Source: Azolla caroliniana
Lineage: Eukaryota > Plantae > Polypodiophyta
Reading direction: 5' to 3'
Assembly: GCA_043228905.1 (NCBI GenBank)
Contig: JBHGNT010000016.1
Coordinates: forward strand, 18,538,001 to 18,602,000
DNA length: 64,000 nucleotides
Each line of letters opens with the position of its first letter. Position 1 is the stretch's first letter. A program made the position numbers and the translations under genes. The notes under the pieces were generated by a model. That model saw only the letters and a program-made list of their open reading frames with translations. It was not told the origin of the DNA and did not search any database. Below, piece by piece: positions 38,346 to 49,686 of this stretch.

Positions 38346-41300
38346 GTAGAAGATGGTTATGTAGTCATCTTCTCTCTATATTCTCTCACTACAACCACCA
38401 CTTTGGAAGGAGGTGGAGACTTAACTACCTAGAAACTATGTGTCAAAGGACTTAACTTCTATGCCTCATTAGTTATGATACAAAGTGGTGGGATGTTCAC
38501 ACACTTGGCTATTCCTAAGGTGTGTTCTCATACTGGGGAAGTTGAGTTTGATTCTCAACACGTCCCTTCAACGCAACTTTTGGTCACTGGATAGTTGGCT
38601 TCGATAGTCAACTCCAACTTCGGTTGTGGATGGCCGGCTTACTTTTATTTTTGTGTTCGTTCTGCTCTATTTCGGGCGACGCCTCCTTACTCCCCCTCAA
38701 GCTCAGTTGGTTGGTGGTCGAGAGGCCTAGGTTTGTCGTGAATTGCCGCAACTTGTCGGATCCCAAGGCCTTCGTGAAGATGTCGGTCGTCTACAGATTG
38801 GTGTTGATGTGTTGTAGGTCGACATCTTCGGTAGGACACGTTCTCGAATGAAATGATAGTGCACCTCAATGTGCTTAGTCCCAGCGTGGAAAACCGGGTT
38901 CCGAGCCAGGTGGATGTTGCTCATGTTGTCATAATATAGGAGGATTGGATCTTTGATGGAGACACCCAGATCCTTGAGAACCCTCTTAAGCCATACGGCT
39001 TCACATCCTACCACGGCTGCGCCCTTGTATTCTGTGTCTATGCTTGGCATTGTGACTGGCGGCTAGTTTTTGCTGCTCCAAGATATGGCTCTGCTGTCGA
39101 GGGAGAAGATGAATCCTAAAGTTAATCGTCTATTGGCCTTATAGCTGGCCCAATTGGCATTGGTGCATCCTTCGAGTTGAATTGGTGTAGCCGATTTGTA
39201 TAGAACATTGTAGTCCATTGTTCCACCCACGTATCATAACACTCTCTTAACACAATCTAAACATGAATATTTAGTGGAGTTTGAAAGAACTGACTAAGGA
39301 GGCCGAGTGGATAACTGAGGTCGGGTTGAGTGACCCTGAGGTAGATAAGGCTTTCGACTAGCTGATGATAGTGGGTCGACTCACACTCTTATGTGCCGGA
39401 GTCGGCATCTAACTTCAGGTTTCAATTGAGTGGGGTAGCAATGGGCTTACACTTTGTCATCCCAAACTTGAAGAGCAGATTGAGGATTTAGTGTCGTTGG
39501 GAGATCATGATGTCGTCTGGGGTCCGAATTATTTCGATACCCAGGAAGTAATGGAGCTCCTTCATGTCCTTCATTTTGAATTGGTCGGAGAGGAGCGTCT
39601 TGATATGTTTGATATCTGCTATGTGCTCTTTTCCAATGACCAAGTCGTCCACATATACTATGATACACAATTGTCCTCTGGAGTCGCTCCGGATGAATAG
39701 GGAATTGTGAGACTTGGACTTTTTGAAGCCGATTTGGTGAAGATATTGGGTTATATTTGAGTGCCATGCTCTGGGTGCCTGCTTGAGGCCGTAGAGAGGC
39801 TTTTTAAGTTGGTATACCGCTTGTGGGTGTGTACTTGACTTGAAACAGGGCGGTTGTATCAAGTACACCTCATCTAGTTTGCCTTGAAGAAAGGCATTCT
39901 TTACGTCCATTTGTTGGAGGTGCCACCCTTTTGTTGTTGAAAGCGCAATGACAATCCAAATGGTCGTCATCTTTGCAACCAGGGCAAAGGTCTCTTCATA
40001 ATTGATCTGGTGTGTTTGCGCATAGCCTTTTGCAACGAGTTGGGCCTTATACTGGTTGACAGTTCACCTTGTATATCCAACGACAACCAATTGCCTTCTG
40101 GTGGGGTGAAGAGGGGACGAGATCCCATGTCTCGTTCTTAAAGAATGCTTGTATATCCTTGTTCATCACTTCGACCCATTGCGGGTCCTTGGTTGCCTCG
40201 GAAAAACTTTCTAGTTCTTGAATTGTCACCACCTTCATCATAAAAGCATAATGGTATGCCATGTAGTCATTGTAGCTGAACTGGCTACTGACGTTCTTTT
40301 CGGGGGTGGAACGTCATATTTCTCATTCACTATTGTGATGGATTTCTTCACTCCAACTGTCTGCATAATAGGCACATCAAAGCCACCACATTCACTGTCA
40401 AGTGAATGAGTCGATTTGTTGTTGTCAGATTGATCATCTTCATATTTCGACACTTTGGCCTTACCTTTGTTTGATTTTGGACTTGGCCATGACATACTTT
40501 GATCGCTCGGAGGCTCCTGTGGTCCACTTAATCTGGTCGTGATTGGACTTTCTTCTGGTGTGAGCCTCAATCGATCATCCTCCTCGGAGTCTATGTCAAG
40601 ATTGGTTGTGATTGGTTCGGATGGAGTCGCCTCTAGTTCGTACCATGATGTTGATTCGTCGAATACCTTCATGGTAGAGGGGTTGACGCACTTATACCCC
40701 TTTTGTTTGAGCGAGTACCCTATGAGGATACATTTCTCCAACTTTGGATCGAGCTTTTGCCGCTTTTCATCGGGAATGTGTACGAATACAATAGAGCCGA
40801 ATATCTTGACGTGAGATAAGTCCATCTTCTTTCCATAGATCTTCTCGTGGGGGGTTACGTCGTGCACTCCAGACATTGTGCACCGATTCATAAGGTATAG
40901 GGTAGTACTTGCCACTTCGGCCCATTATTATTTAGGTAGATTTTTCTCGTTCATCATTGCCCTTCTCACCTTGAGTATATGCCGATTCTTTCATTTGGCT
41001 ACTCCATTATGTTGAGGTGTGTGTTGGTAGGTAAATTCTCACCGAATTCCTTCTTGTCAAAGGTATGTCATGCAGGCGTCGGAAAAGTATTCCGTGCCTC
41101 CGTCCGATCGAAGGCACCGTACATGTCTATTGGTTGCCTTTACGACTTCGTTTTTTAATTTTTGGAAGTGTGAACACTTCACTCTTTTGCCGCATAGGAT
41201 AAATCTAGGTGTGCCTGGAGAAGTCATCGATGAATGTGACGTAGTATTGTCATCCATCGAATTTGGTCGTTTGAGCTGGTCCCCACATGTCAAAGTGGAC

Positions 41301-42313
41301 TACGTCCAACAAGCCTTTACTCACGTTCCTCTATTTCGGGAACGGTTGCCAACATTGTTTGCTAAATTGGCAAGTTTCACATACATCAACAATATCCTTC
41401 TCAATAAAGGTCGGGAGTCCGATGACGTCTCTTTTTTACTGCATGCCCTTGAGTTTTTGGAGATTGATGTGACCTATTCTTATGTGCCATAGCTCTATAT
41501 CAGTGTCAACTTTATGGCCCTTTGCAAACATGGCCAATTTTGCCTTGTTCAACTCGAGGATGAACATTCAACCTTCTCTTCAACCATGAGCGATGAGTCA
41601 GACTTCCTTCTCAATGAATCAACCTCCCTGATTGAATTGGACTTGCATGCCTGGCTCCACAATCTGGCCAACTGAGACAAGATTCTTCGTTATAGTTGGA
41701 ACATGTATGTCTCATTGCCTTTTTCCTTGAACAAGACATTACCAATATGTCATATCGGGTGCGTGGTGTCATCTTCGGTCTCTACATAATCGGGTCGTTC
41801 CGGCTCTCTCATGTCTCGAAGCCATTCTTGGTGAGACATCATATGGTTCAAGGCGCCTGAGTCGACAAACCGTATGTCTTCTTTGTTGGATGTACCGGTT
41901 AGGCTAGAGGTCATCATAGGGTTTGCTCTATGCCACATCACAAACATTCCACCATGATCGTTGTAGTCAGAATTAGAGGCGAAATTGGTAAGTTGTCGAC
42001 TTGTGAAAGCCGTCTCATTTTTCTTCTTTCGACACTCTGCTTCATAGTCGCCAAATTTGCCACAATATCCACACTGGACGGAGTTGTTTTGTCGGCTTGG
42101 TCTTGCACAATGTCTCCCCCTTCTGTCGAACGTCACTCATGTGTTTGCGACGTCTTGCCGATAGTAGAAGTTGTGTTCCTAGGATTGTCCTTGGTTGTGT
42201 AGGCCTTGGACGAATCAACCTCTTCTTCCATGACCATGTCCCCTTCCTCCATCCAAGTTCAAATAGAGCATGTTTCCTTGTACATTGCTCCTCGCTCGGG
42301 CGTGATTTTCTTT

Positions 42314-42452
42314 GATTGGTGGTAATATAATATCCCATGGTAATATTGTATTGTAGTATTCTTTACACTCTTGTTTAACCCTCACACTTTATCCACGTGT
42401 ATAGAATACTACGGTACAATATTACTACGGGATATGATATGGTTATGCCCGT
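42314..42452. mobile_element. ~140-bp fold-back (MITE-like) insertion in copia gag
   Basis: Interrupts the gag motif FFDLQ.MLLV|EENH. Inverted arms ATATCCCATGGTAATATTGTATTGTAGTATTCT / AGAATACTACGGTACAATATTACTACGGGATAT. Confidence 0.7.
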
Positions 42453-43216
42453 AACAAGTAGCATCTATTGGAGATCGAAGAAGGAGAGAGGATTCTCCCT
42501 TGCGAGGATGGCCGACCTTATTGCGTCGAACCGAGGTGCTAGGCCATTGAGGCATATTTGCACCATTTAATTGTCGTCCATGTTAACATTGGCGGACCCA
42601 AGGGAGTTGCACAACTCCTTGATCTTCAAGGTGTAGCTTCCGATCAACATATCCCTTTGTTGAATGTTATTTAGCTCTTGACGGAGTTGAAGTTTCTATG
42701 CAGTCATGTTGACCGGGAAGATCTTTTTGAGGTTTCCCCATGCCTCCTTTGGTATTTTGGCCTCTCAGATGTAGTCGAGCATGTGATCCTGAACGCATGA
42801 TGCAAGGCAATACAACACATGGCTTGCTGCTTGCTCCCATGCTAGGTAGTTGGTGTATTTTGGGTAGGGTTGTGTTTCTTGTGTTCCCTCAATGTAACTC
42901 CAATAGCCTTGGTTGTCAAGGTGCATCTTGTATTCCCAAGATACGAAGTTGTTTCTGTCCAACTTTTCACTAGGGAGAGAGGTGCCCATCTGAGTGTTTA
43001 TGATGGTCGACTTGGTTGAAGCAAGTTTTCTTCTTCTTCATCTCTGTGATATGGATTGTGCAAGGTTGCTACTATAATGATCGGTTGGTGCTTTGTGAAC
43101 GTCGGCATAAGCACAACACACGTAGATGGGCTTGGATCAAGCTACCAATCACACTGATACCATGTAAAGAATCGGGTGTGATTCTGTGCAGTGGAAGTGA
43201 TTTATGTGTGTATGAG

Positions 43217-43880
43217 AGAAAATCATGCCCGAGCGAGGAGCAATGTACAAGGAAACATGCTCTATTTGAACTTGGATGGAGGAAGGGGACATGGTCGTGG
43301 AAGAAGAGGTTGATTCGTCCAAGGCCTACACAACTAAGGACAATCCTAGGTACACAACTTCTACTATCAGCAAGACGTCGCAAACACATGAGTGACGTAC
43401 GACAGAAGGGGGAGACATTGTGCAAGACCAAGCCGACAAAATAACTTCGTCCAGTGTGGATATTGTGGCAAATTTGGCGACTATGAAGCAGAGTGTCGAA
43501 AGAAGAAAAATGAGACGGCTTTCACAAGTCGACAACTTACCAACTTCGCCTCTAATTCTGACTACAACGATCATGGTGGAATGTTTGTGATGTGGCATAG
43601 AGCAAACCCTATGATGACCTCTAGCCTAACCGGTACATCCAACAAAGAAGACATACGGTTTGTCGACTCAGGCGCCTTGAACCATATGATGTCTCACCAA
43701 GAATGGCTTCGAGACTTGAGAGAGCCGGAACGACCCAATTATGTAGAGACCGGAGATGACACCACGCACCCGATACGACATATCGGTAATGTCCTGTTTG
43801 AGGAAAAAGGCAATGAGACATACATGTTCCAACTATAATGAAGAATCTGGTCTCAATTGGCCAGATTGTGGAGCCAGGCA
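43217..43880 (+). repeat. Inverted duplicate of copia segment 41648-42311 (gag zinc knuckle to protease)
   Basis: ORFs 41750..42136(-) and 43392..43838(+) give nearly identical peptides. Both arms are 664 bp with roughly 20 substitutions counted by eye. Confidence 0.95.
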
Positions 43881-45778
43881 CAACTCTTTTCGACTGCATC
43901 TATCACAGTATATTGAGGTTTATGTGACCAAGCCTCTTGTGCCACAACTCGATATTAGACTTATCCTTGAATCCATTTACATTGTTGTATTCACCTCGAT
44001 TGCGTTGATCATAACCACGATACCTTCTCTTCTTACATGAACGATAGTTGGCGCTAATATTGTCCTTGATGAAGCAATTGCATGGTTGAACCATGCCTGC
44101 ATTCCTTCCTTGATAATTTGGCCAATCAAGACCAAATTATTTGTGATCACAAGGATATCCAACCAAGCTGCTTATTCTATCGAAATTCCCTAGTGAACTA
44201 TTTCCACTTTCTTGTGTTTGTGCATTAAATGGTTGTGGATCTCATCCACCTATTCCTCAACCATTCCTCTGTCACGATATCCTCTAACAATTTTACGGTT
44301 GTGAACTCAAGTGGGATATTCTTGTTTATATAGCATCTGTCGATCAGATGTTGCGCTTTTCAACTACATATGTCATCCTCAACCATTAGCATGGATTGCA
44401 CGTCAAAAAAACTCAAGGGGTTCTCCCTTGTTGTTATGGTGGTTGAGAACACGTCATCCTTATGCGCAAGGCTGCTGAGGCATATTTGCATCATGTCATT
44501 GTCATCAACTCTAACAGTGATGGAGCCTAGTGAATAACACAAGCCTTTGATCTTGATGGTATAGTTTGTCACAAACACATCCTTGTCTAATGTTGTTCAA
44601 CTCCTATGGGAGTGGAAGTTTTCGGGTTGTGGTTGAAGCCTTAAAAATCCTTCAATATAGCTTAACATGTGAATGTAGTCTGTGACAAACATATCCTTGT
44701 CTAATGTTGTTCAACTCCTACCGGAGTTGAAGTTTTCGGGTTGTGGTTGAAGCCTTAAAAATCTTTTTCAATATAGCTTAACATGCGAATGTAGTTTGTG
44801 ACAAACATATCCTTGTCTAATGTTGTTCAACTCCTACCGAGGAGTTGACGTTTTTGGGTTGTGGTTGAAGCCTTGAGAATCTTCTTCAATATTTTTGAAA
44901 CCTTCACATATTGAATATAGTTTAACATGCGACCTTACACGTATGTTGTTAAACAATATACTACCTTATTGGTGCCTTGGTGCCACATGGGGTAGTTAGA
45001 GTTTATGAGATTTAGGGTTGTTTCTTGAGCAACCTCAATAAACTCCAATAGCTCTTCCCAACTAGGTATTTGTGCATCTCGTGTTCCTAATATGCATAGT
45101 TGTGTTTGTCTAAATTCTCTCCTAGAAGGGCGTTATCAAACTGCGCATTCATATTGCTGATTTAGCTCGATTTGTACTTAGCTCCTCTCGATGTACACTT
45201 CTTGTTGTGCAACAACCATAATCGGTTCAAAACGACATCTCCAACTCCTCACACAAATTCGATGTTACAGCTTGGGGAAGGATCTTTAACCCTCATACTT
45301 TGATAACATGTAAAGAATGTTAACCCTCGTTGAGTTAGGTGTGTAGAAGTGCAATGCTTGTGTGAGAGTGAGTGTGTGAGCAAAAGAAGGAATCAGAGAT
45401 AACAACTAGTCTAAGAAATGAAAAATACATAGGAAGAGGGATGGCCACTTATGCGCTAAATAGAAAGCTATATTAATAGACTGAATATGATTAAAACAAC
45501 ATAATGGGCCAAGTGTGCTTTGTATACAAGTCCTTAAGGAACCACCACATTAATATATGGTTGGTGGAGTCTAGTTATAGACATCTAGTCGAATACGATT
45601 TTGCCATAAGAATATCTATTACTCTTTTACAATTTACACTTGACAACTAACTAGATGTCACAATTAGTTATTCGTACAATTAGGTAGTTCACACGGGTTA
45701 CAATAAAATGTGGTCACACTTTTTCACATATCGTGCTTTTCTTCATAACCATGTATGAGTTGAGCTTGATTCTCAACA
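43881..45778 (-). mobile_element. Second, older Ty1/copia element: 5' LTR (45309-45778), gag and pre-integrase region; 3' part missing
   Basis: LTR TGTAAAGAAT...GAGCTTGATTCTCAACA with a degenerate PBS (TGTTATCAAAG). Gag RENPLSFFDVQSMLMVED; pre-integrase IELWHKRLGHIN. ~118-bp triplication at 44560-44930. Confidence 0.82.
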
Positions 45779-48399
45779 GGAAGCAGTATATGCTATATCG
45801 TAAACAAAACTTTAAGATTGCAACTTTGTGTTTCAATCATCTGCCATTTAAACTCTCTCATAATTGTGGCTAGATGGCCAACTTATTGATATGGAAACGC
45901 AATCAAAACAAGTTGTGTGCTAAAAGTTGCTCACCCTTCCCAATATATTATTCTAAAGGAAATTAAGGGGGGAGGGGTTGGGAATTTCTTCGAAAAGGTT
46001 CCCTGACATCAATTACTTTATGTACCTTAGACATAAGCAAATATGCACCTTTCAATCATTTCTCGCTTTGACACTATATTCACTTATTACAACTTACTAT
46101 AACATAATTGTCTTAGAATCATGAACGAAGGTTCCCAAACAAATAATAACGAATCTTTCTATAAGAGGAAAGAGAATTCTATAAGTCATGGTTGCACAAA
46201 TTAAACTTGTCATAGGCGAAATGGCAAATGCATTTGGGGGGGATTCTCACTAGTTCAGTGTTGACATAGGTGACTCCGGTGATGGTGTGATCATGCATTT
46301 TGTATTCACAATTGTTGGTTTCATGACACTATTAATATATGTTTAATAAGTAATTGCAACATCAACTTTGAAATTATCACAAGGATATTGATGCTAAGCT
46401 TGACAACTTTATGACAACAAAGGCAATTGTGTTTAAAGGAACCATTGTCGACAACATGTTGTTCTCATTGCAATGCTAGTTTTGCTACAAACATAAATCG
46501 AGACGACATCGTCTAATGTAAAGGGATACAATAACTTTCCAAAAATATTTAGATGATTATTAATGGCCATTTTGCATCGACAAACAATGTGTGGATTTGT
46601 TCAATGCACTCGATGTTACTATTAGAAAGATTCATGCATCTCCTTTAGAGGAGCACAATTGTGCCTCAATGATAAAATGCTTTTTGCCCATTACTGAAAT
46701 AATCAAAACATTGGGATTGTCCTAAAAAGCCAAGCATGTCGCTTGAACTTTACTTTTCCTTATAAACGATGTTGTTTATTCCTAGAAGGCACTTCTTTCA
46801 AATTTCCTCTTCAAGCATGACATGATGGAACTCTTGGGGAATGGGTTTTCAAAAAGGTGAAGCTTGTGATATGTTGAATGCATACTAGTACAATTCTCTA
46901 TGTGTAGTGTAAATGAAGTTTTGTTTTTATAAAAACATGGAATGCATCAAGCCTACCTCATTCGATATGTGTGTTGCGATATCCTAATTGGGTCAAATTT
47001 GCAAAATAGGCACTTATAAGGTATCCTTGATTAACCCATTTCATACAAAGAACATCCTTTTTTTTAATGATGCTTGTGTGTCCTCGTGGATAAAGAAACG
47101 ATTTATTAAATTGCATACCACATCAAAAACTTGGAAGCATCTACTAAATGGAGAGTTAAACAGAGAGTTTGAGTCTACTCAACATGCCACATTTCAAGGT
47201 TCAAAACAACTCAACCATTATGGTATTACAATATCTCGACAAGCTTGTAATCTTTCACCTCATCATTTTAGCCAATATACCTACTTATTCACAAAATCTA
47301 GGTTCACATGTTAGCAAGCTTGACAAGTGACTTATCAAGAATTTGAATATGTGGAGTTTAAGCTTTTTTATTATTGCATGGGTTCAACTCTACATGTTAC
47401 TTACCATCTCATATGAGTTGAGCTTTGATTGTCAACGTCTAATATTTTTACCATGTTTGGTCTTATTCTCATCTTCATCATATGAAAACCTACAAAAAGT
47501 GTATATTTGCCCAATTTTTTAAAGTTCAAAAGTTCAAAGCGTAAAATCCCTTTTGTTTGAACAAAATAAAGGTGTTCCTATGTATAATTTTCTAAAGCTT
47601 GATCCTCGAGTTTACTTTCAAGAAGTACTCGAGTCAACAATTGTATTCTTCATTATGTTCTATATCATTGGTACATCGATAATGAAAACCTCAATTTTCA
47701 AAACAAACAAATGGAAGGAATGAAAAGACGATATGCCCAGAAATTGATTCCATAACATGTGGTTTCAAAGGATTGTCGTGTGACATATACATAATTGATC
47801 CCATCAATGAGGTCGCTGAAGGATTAGTAACCCAAATAGAACCTACTCATCTATATTACACAATGAGGACAATTTCTTCATTCACTTTGCTTGCATGTAA
47901 TACTTAGATATTGAGATATCATCTTCCTAAGATGGGGTCTCGAGATTGTGTACTACTATGATTTATCCTTAGATGTAGATTTACTTTTCCCAAATGACCA
48001 AAATTGTTGTAATTAAACTACCTTTTTTTTAACTTGTATGCTCAAAGGCAATGAAAAGTATTTACATCAACTACCTCAAAGTGTCCCACAACTACCTATA
48101 CTTTGAAACTACGAGAACTTTCAACAAAGTAAACCTTCATAACGCCATCGAGCTTGAAAAGATTAACTAACACGTCGACGACTGGACTAATGCAACATTG
48201 TGTTCCCAATCATCGGGTGGCATTAGGAATCAACTCATGAGGCCATAAATTGAACAAGGACGGAAGGCATACAGTGCTCATTCTGTGAACGACAACGACT
48301 AACCTCCCTACGTGACAAGTCAAGGAGGGCTATGAGCACTAACACATGATTTCGCCAACTACCAAACAATCTGTGCAACGCTTTCTCTGTTGTATCGAC

Positions 48400-49355
48400 A
48401 CAAACAAATGGGCAGAATCTCTGGTGAATGATCAAACAAAGACAAACACAGACAAACACAGACAAATGGGCAGAATCTCTGGTGAGCGGTCATATCTAGA
48501 CTAACACAAATAGATGGGCGGAATCTTTGGTGCGCAGTGTCGCGTTGTTACGTGCGTGCGTGTAGAAGGGGTGGGACCACGGGGGTGTCGGACTAGGGAG
48601 TAGAGGAGAAAGAATAAGATATGTTTGGAAGCTTAGCTCAAGAGGAGAAGAAGAATGAATAAGATCACCACATAGAAGGAGAGATCGGTGGAGGTAAGAT
48701 ACTCAACAAGATATATTAAAGCAAACGAATGATTACAACAATGGTGGTCGCATGGGCCGCACCAAACGACTATGAGAAAACCCTAACTGAAGATGAATAA
48801 GGAAAACCCTAAACGAAACCCTAACCCTAAAACGATAAGAACTCTACAATAAGTGGTATACCTTTCATACGCAAAATAGGCAACCCCTTCATAAGTGACC
48901 CCTCCCTTCCTTTTATAGCACAAGGAGGGAGGGACCTTACAATGTGGGATAAAATTTCCCCTCTTATTTCTATACACCATTTCCTAGTATACGTGTGCAC
49001 ATGTGGCACACCGCCGACTTGCCCTTTCCACCCCGGTTTCCGCCTATGGACGAAAATCTTCACGACAACGGTCAGACCCAGACTAACGCAAATGGATGGG
49101 CAGAATCTCCGGTGAGTGTTCAAACCCAGACTAACACAGATGGATGGGCTGAATCTCCGGTGAGCGGTCAGACCCAGACTAACACAAATGGATGGGCAGA
49201 ATCTCCGGTGAGTGGTAAGACAAAGACAAACACAAATAGATGGGCAGAATCTCCGGTGAGTGGTCAGACCCAGACGAACAGAGACAGACTGGGAAGAATA
49301 TCCAGTGATCGGTTAGACAAAGGCAAATAGAGATAGATGGGCAGAATCTCCGGCT
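48400..49355 (+). repeat. 48-bp-unit minisatellite (~9 units) split by a solo LTR
   Basis: Consensus CAGACCCAGACTAACACAAATGGATGGGCAGAATCTCCGGTGAGTGGT. Three units at 48400-48537 and six at 49068-49355. Confidence 0.88.
48538..49067. mobile_element. Probable solo LTR, 530 bp, inserted into the minisatellite
   Basis: TGTCGCG...CACGACA inverted termini (TG..CA), a TATA-like CTTTTATAG and AAACCCTA motifs. The TSD is only imperfect (GCAG/ACGG). Confidence 0.7.
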
Positions 49356-49384
49356 CCGTCCAGGCGCAAGCGAAATCAAGCCAA

Positions 49385-49418
<34 letters not shown>

Positions 49419-49529
49419 GCTGTGATTTGGTTGCTTGTCCACATCTCAACCAAAAGAAGCCCCTCTCTGTTCCCCTTGCCTTCATATTCCTGCTCAATCT
49501 CCAAGTTCTCAAGATCTCCATTTCACAAG

Positions 49530-49626
49530 CAGAAGAAGAATCAAGAAGAAGAAGAAGAAGAAGAAGAAGAAGAAGAAGAAGAAGGGGAAGAGGAAGATGA
49601 AGATGAAGATGAAGATGAAGAAGAAG
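49530..49626. repeat. (GAA)n/(GAAGAT)n microsatellite in the 5'UTR region of the galactosyltransferase
   Basis: Visible trinucleotide and hexanucleotide runs. Confidence 0.9.
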
Positions 49627-49686
49627 GAACAATGGGAATAGCACACTCTCTGTTGCAGGAGGATTGTCTTGCTTCTTGTTAAAGAG

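Larger units (their letters stand above)
37348..43216 (-). mobile_element. Ty1/copia retrotransposon, near full-length but pseudogenised
   Basis: 3' LTR 37348-38560 (with insertions) and PPT-like purine tracts. RNase H YDNMSNIHLARNPVFHAGTKHIEVHYHFIRE; RT QMDVKNAFLQG, LYGLKQAPRAW, YVDDL; integrase CLRSDGGTEY; gag CGYCGKFGDYEAEC and LPSEKLDRNNFVSWEYKM. PBS TGGTATCAG (tRNA-Met type) at ~43154-43162. The 5' LTR remnant 43163-43216 matches 37348-37410. Confidence 0.92.

Noticed and set aside
48400-49355. Regularly spaced conserved core resembling a CRISPR array
   Set aside because: The sequences between cores are themselves homologous, so the whole unit is repeated. The context is eukaryotic and there are no cas genes.
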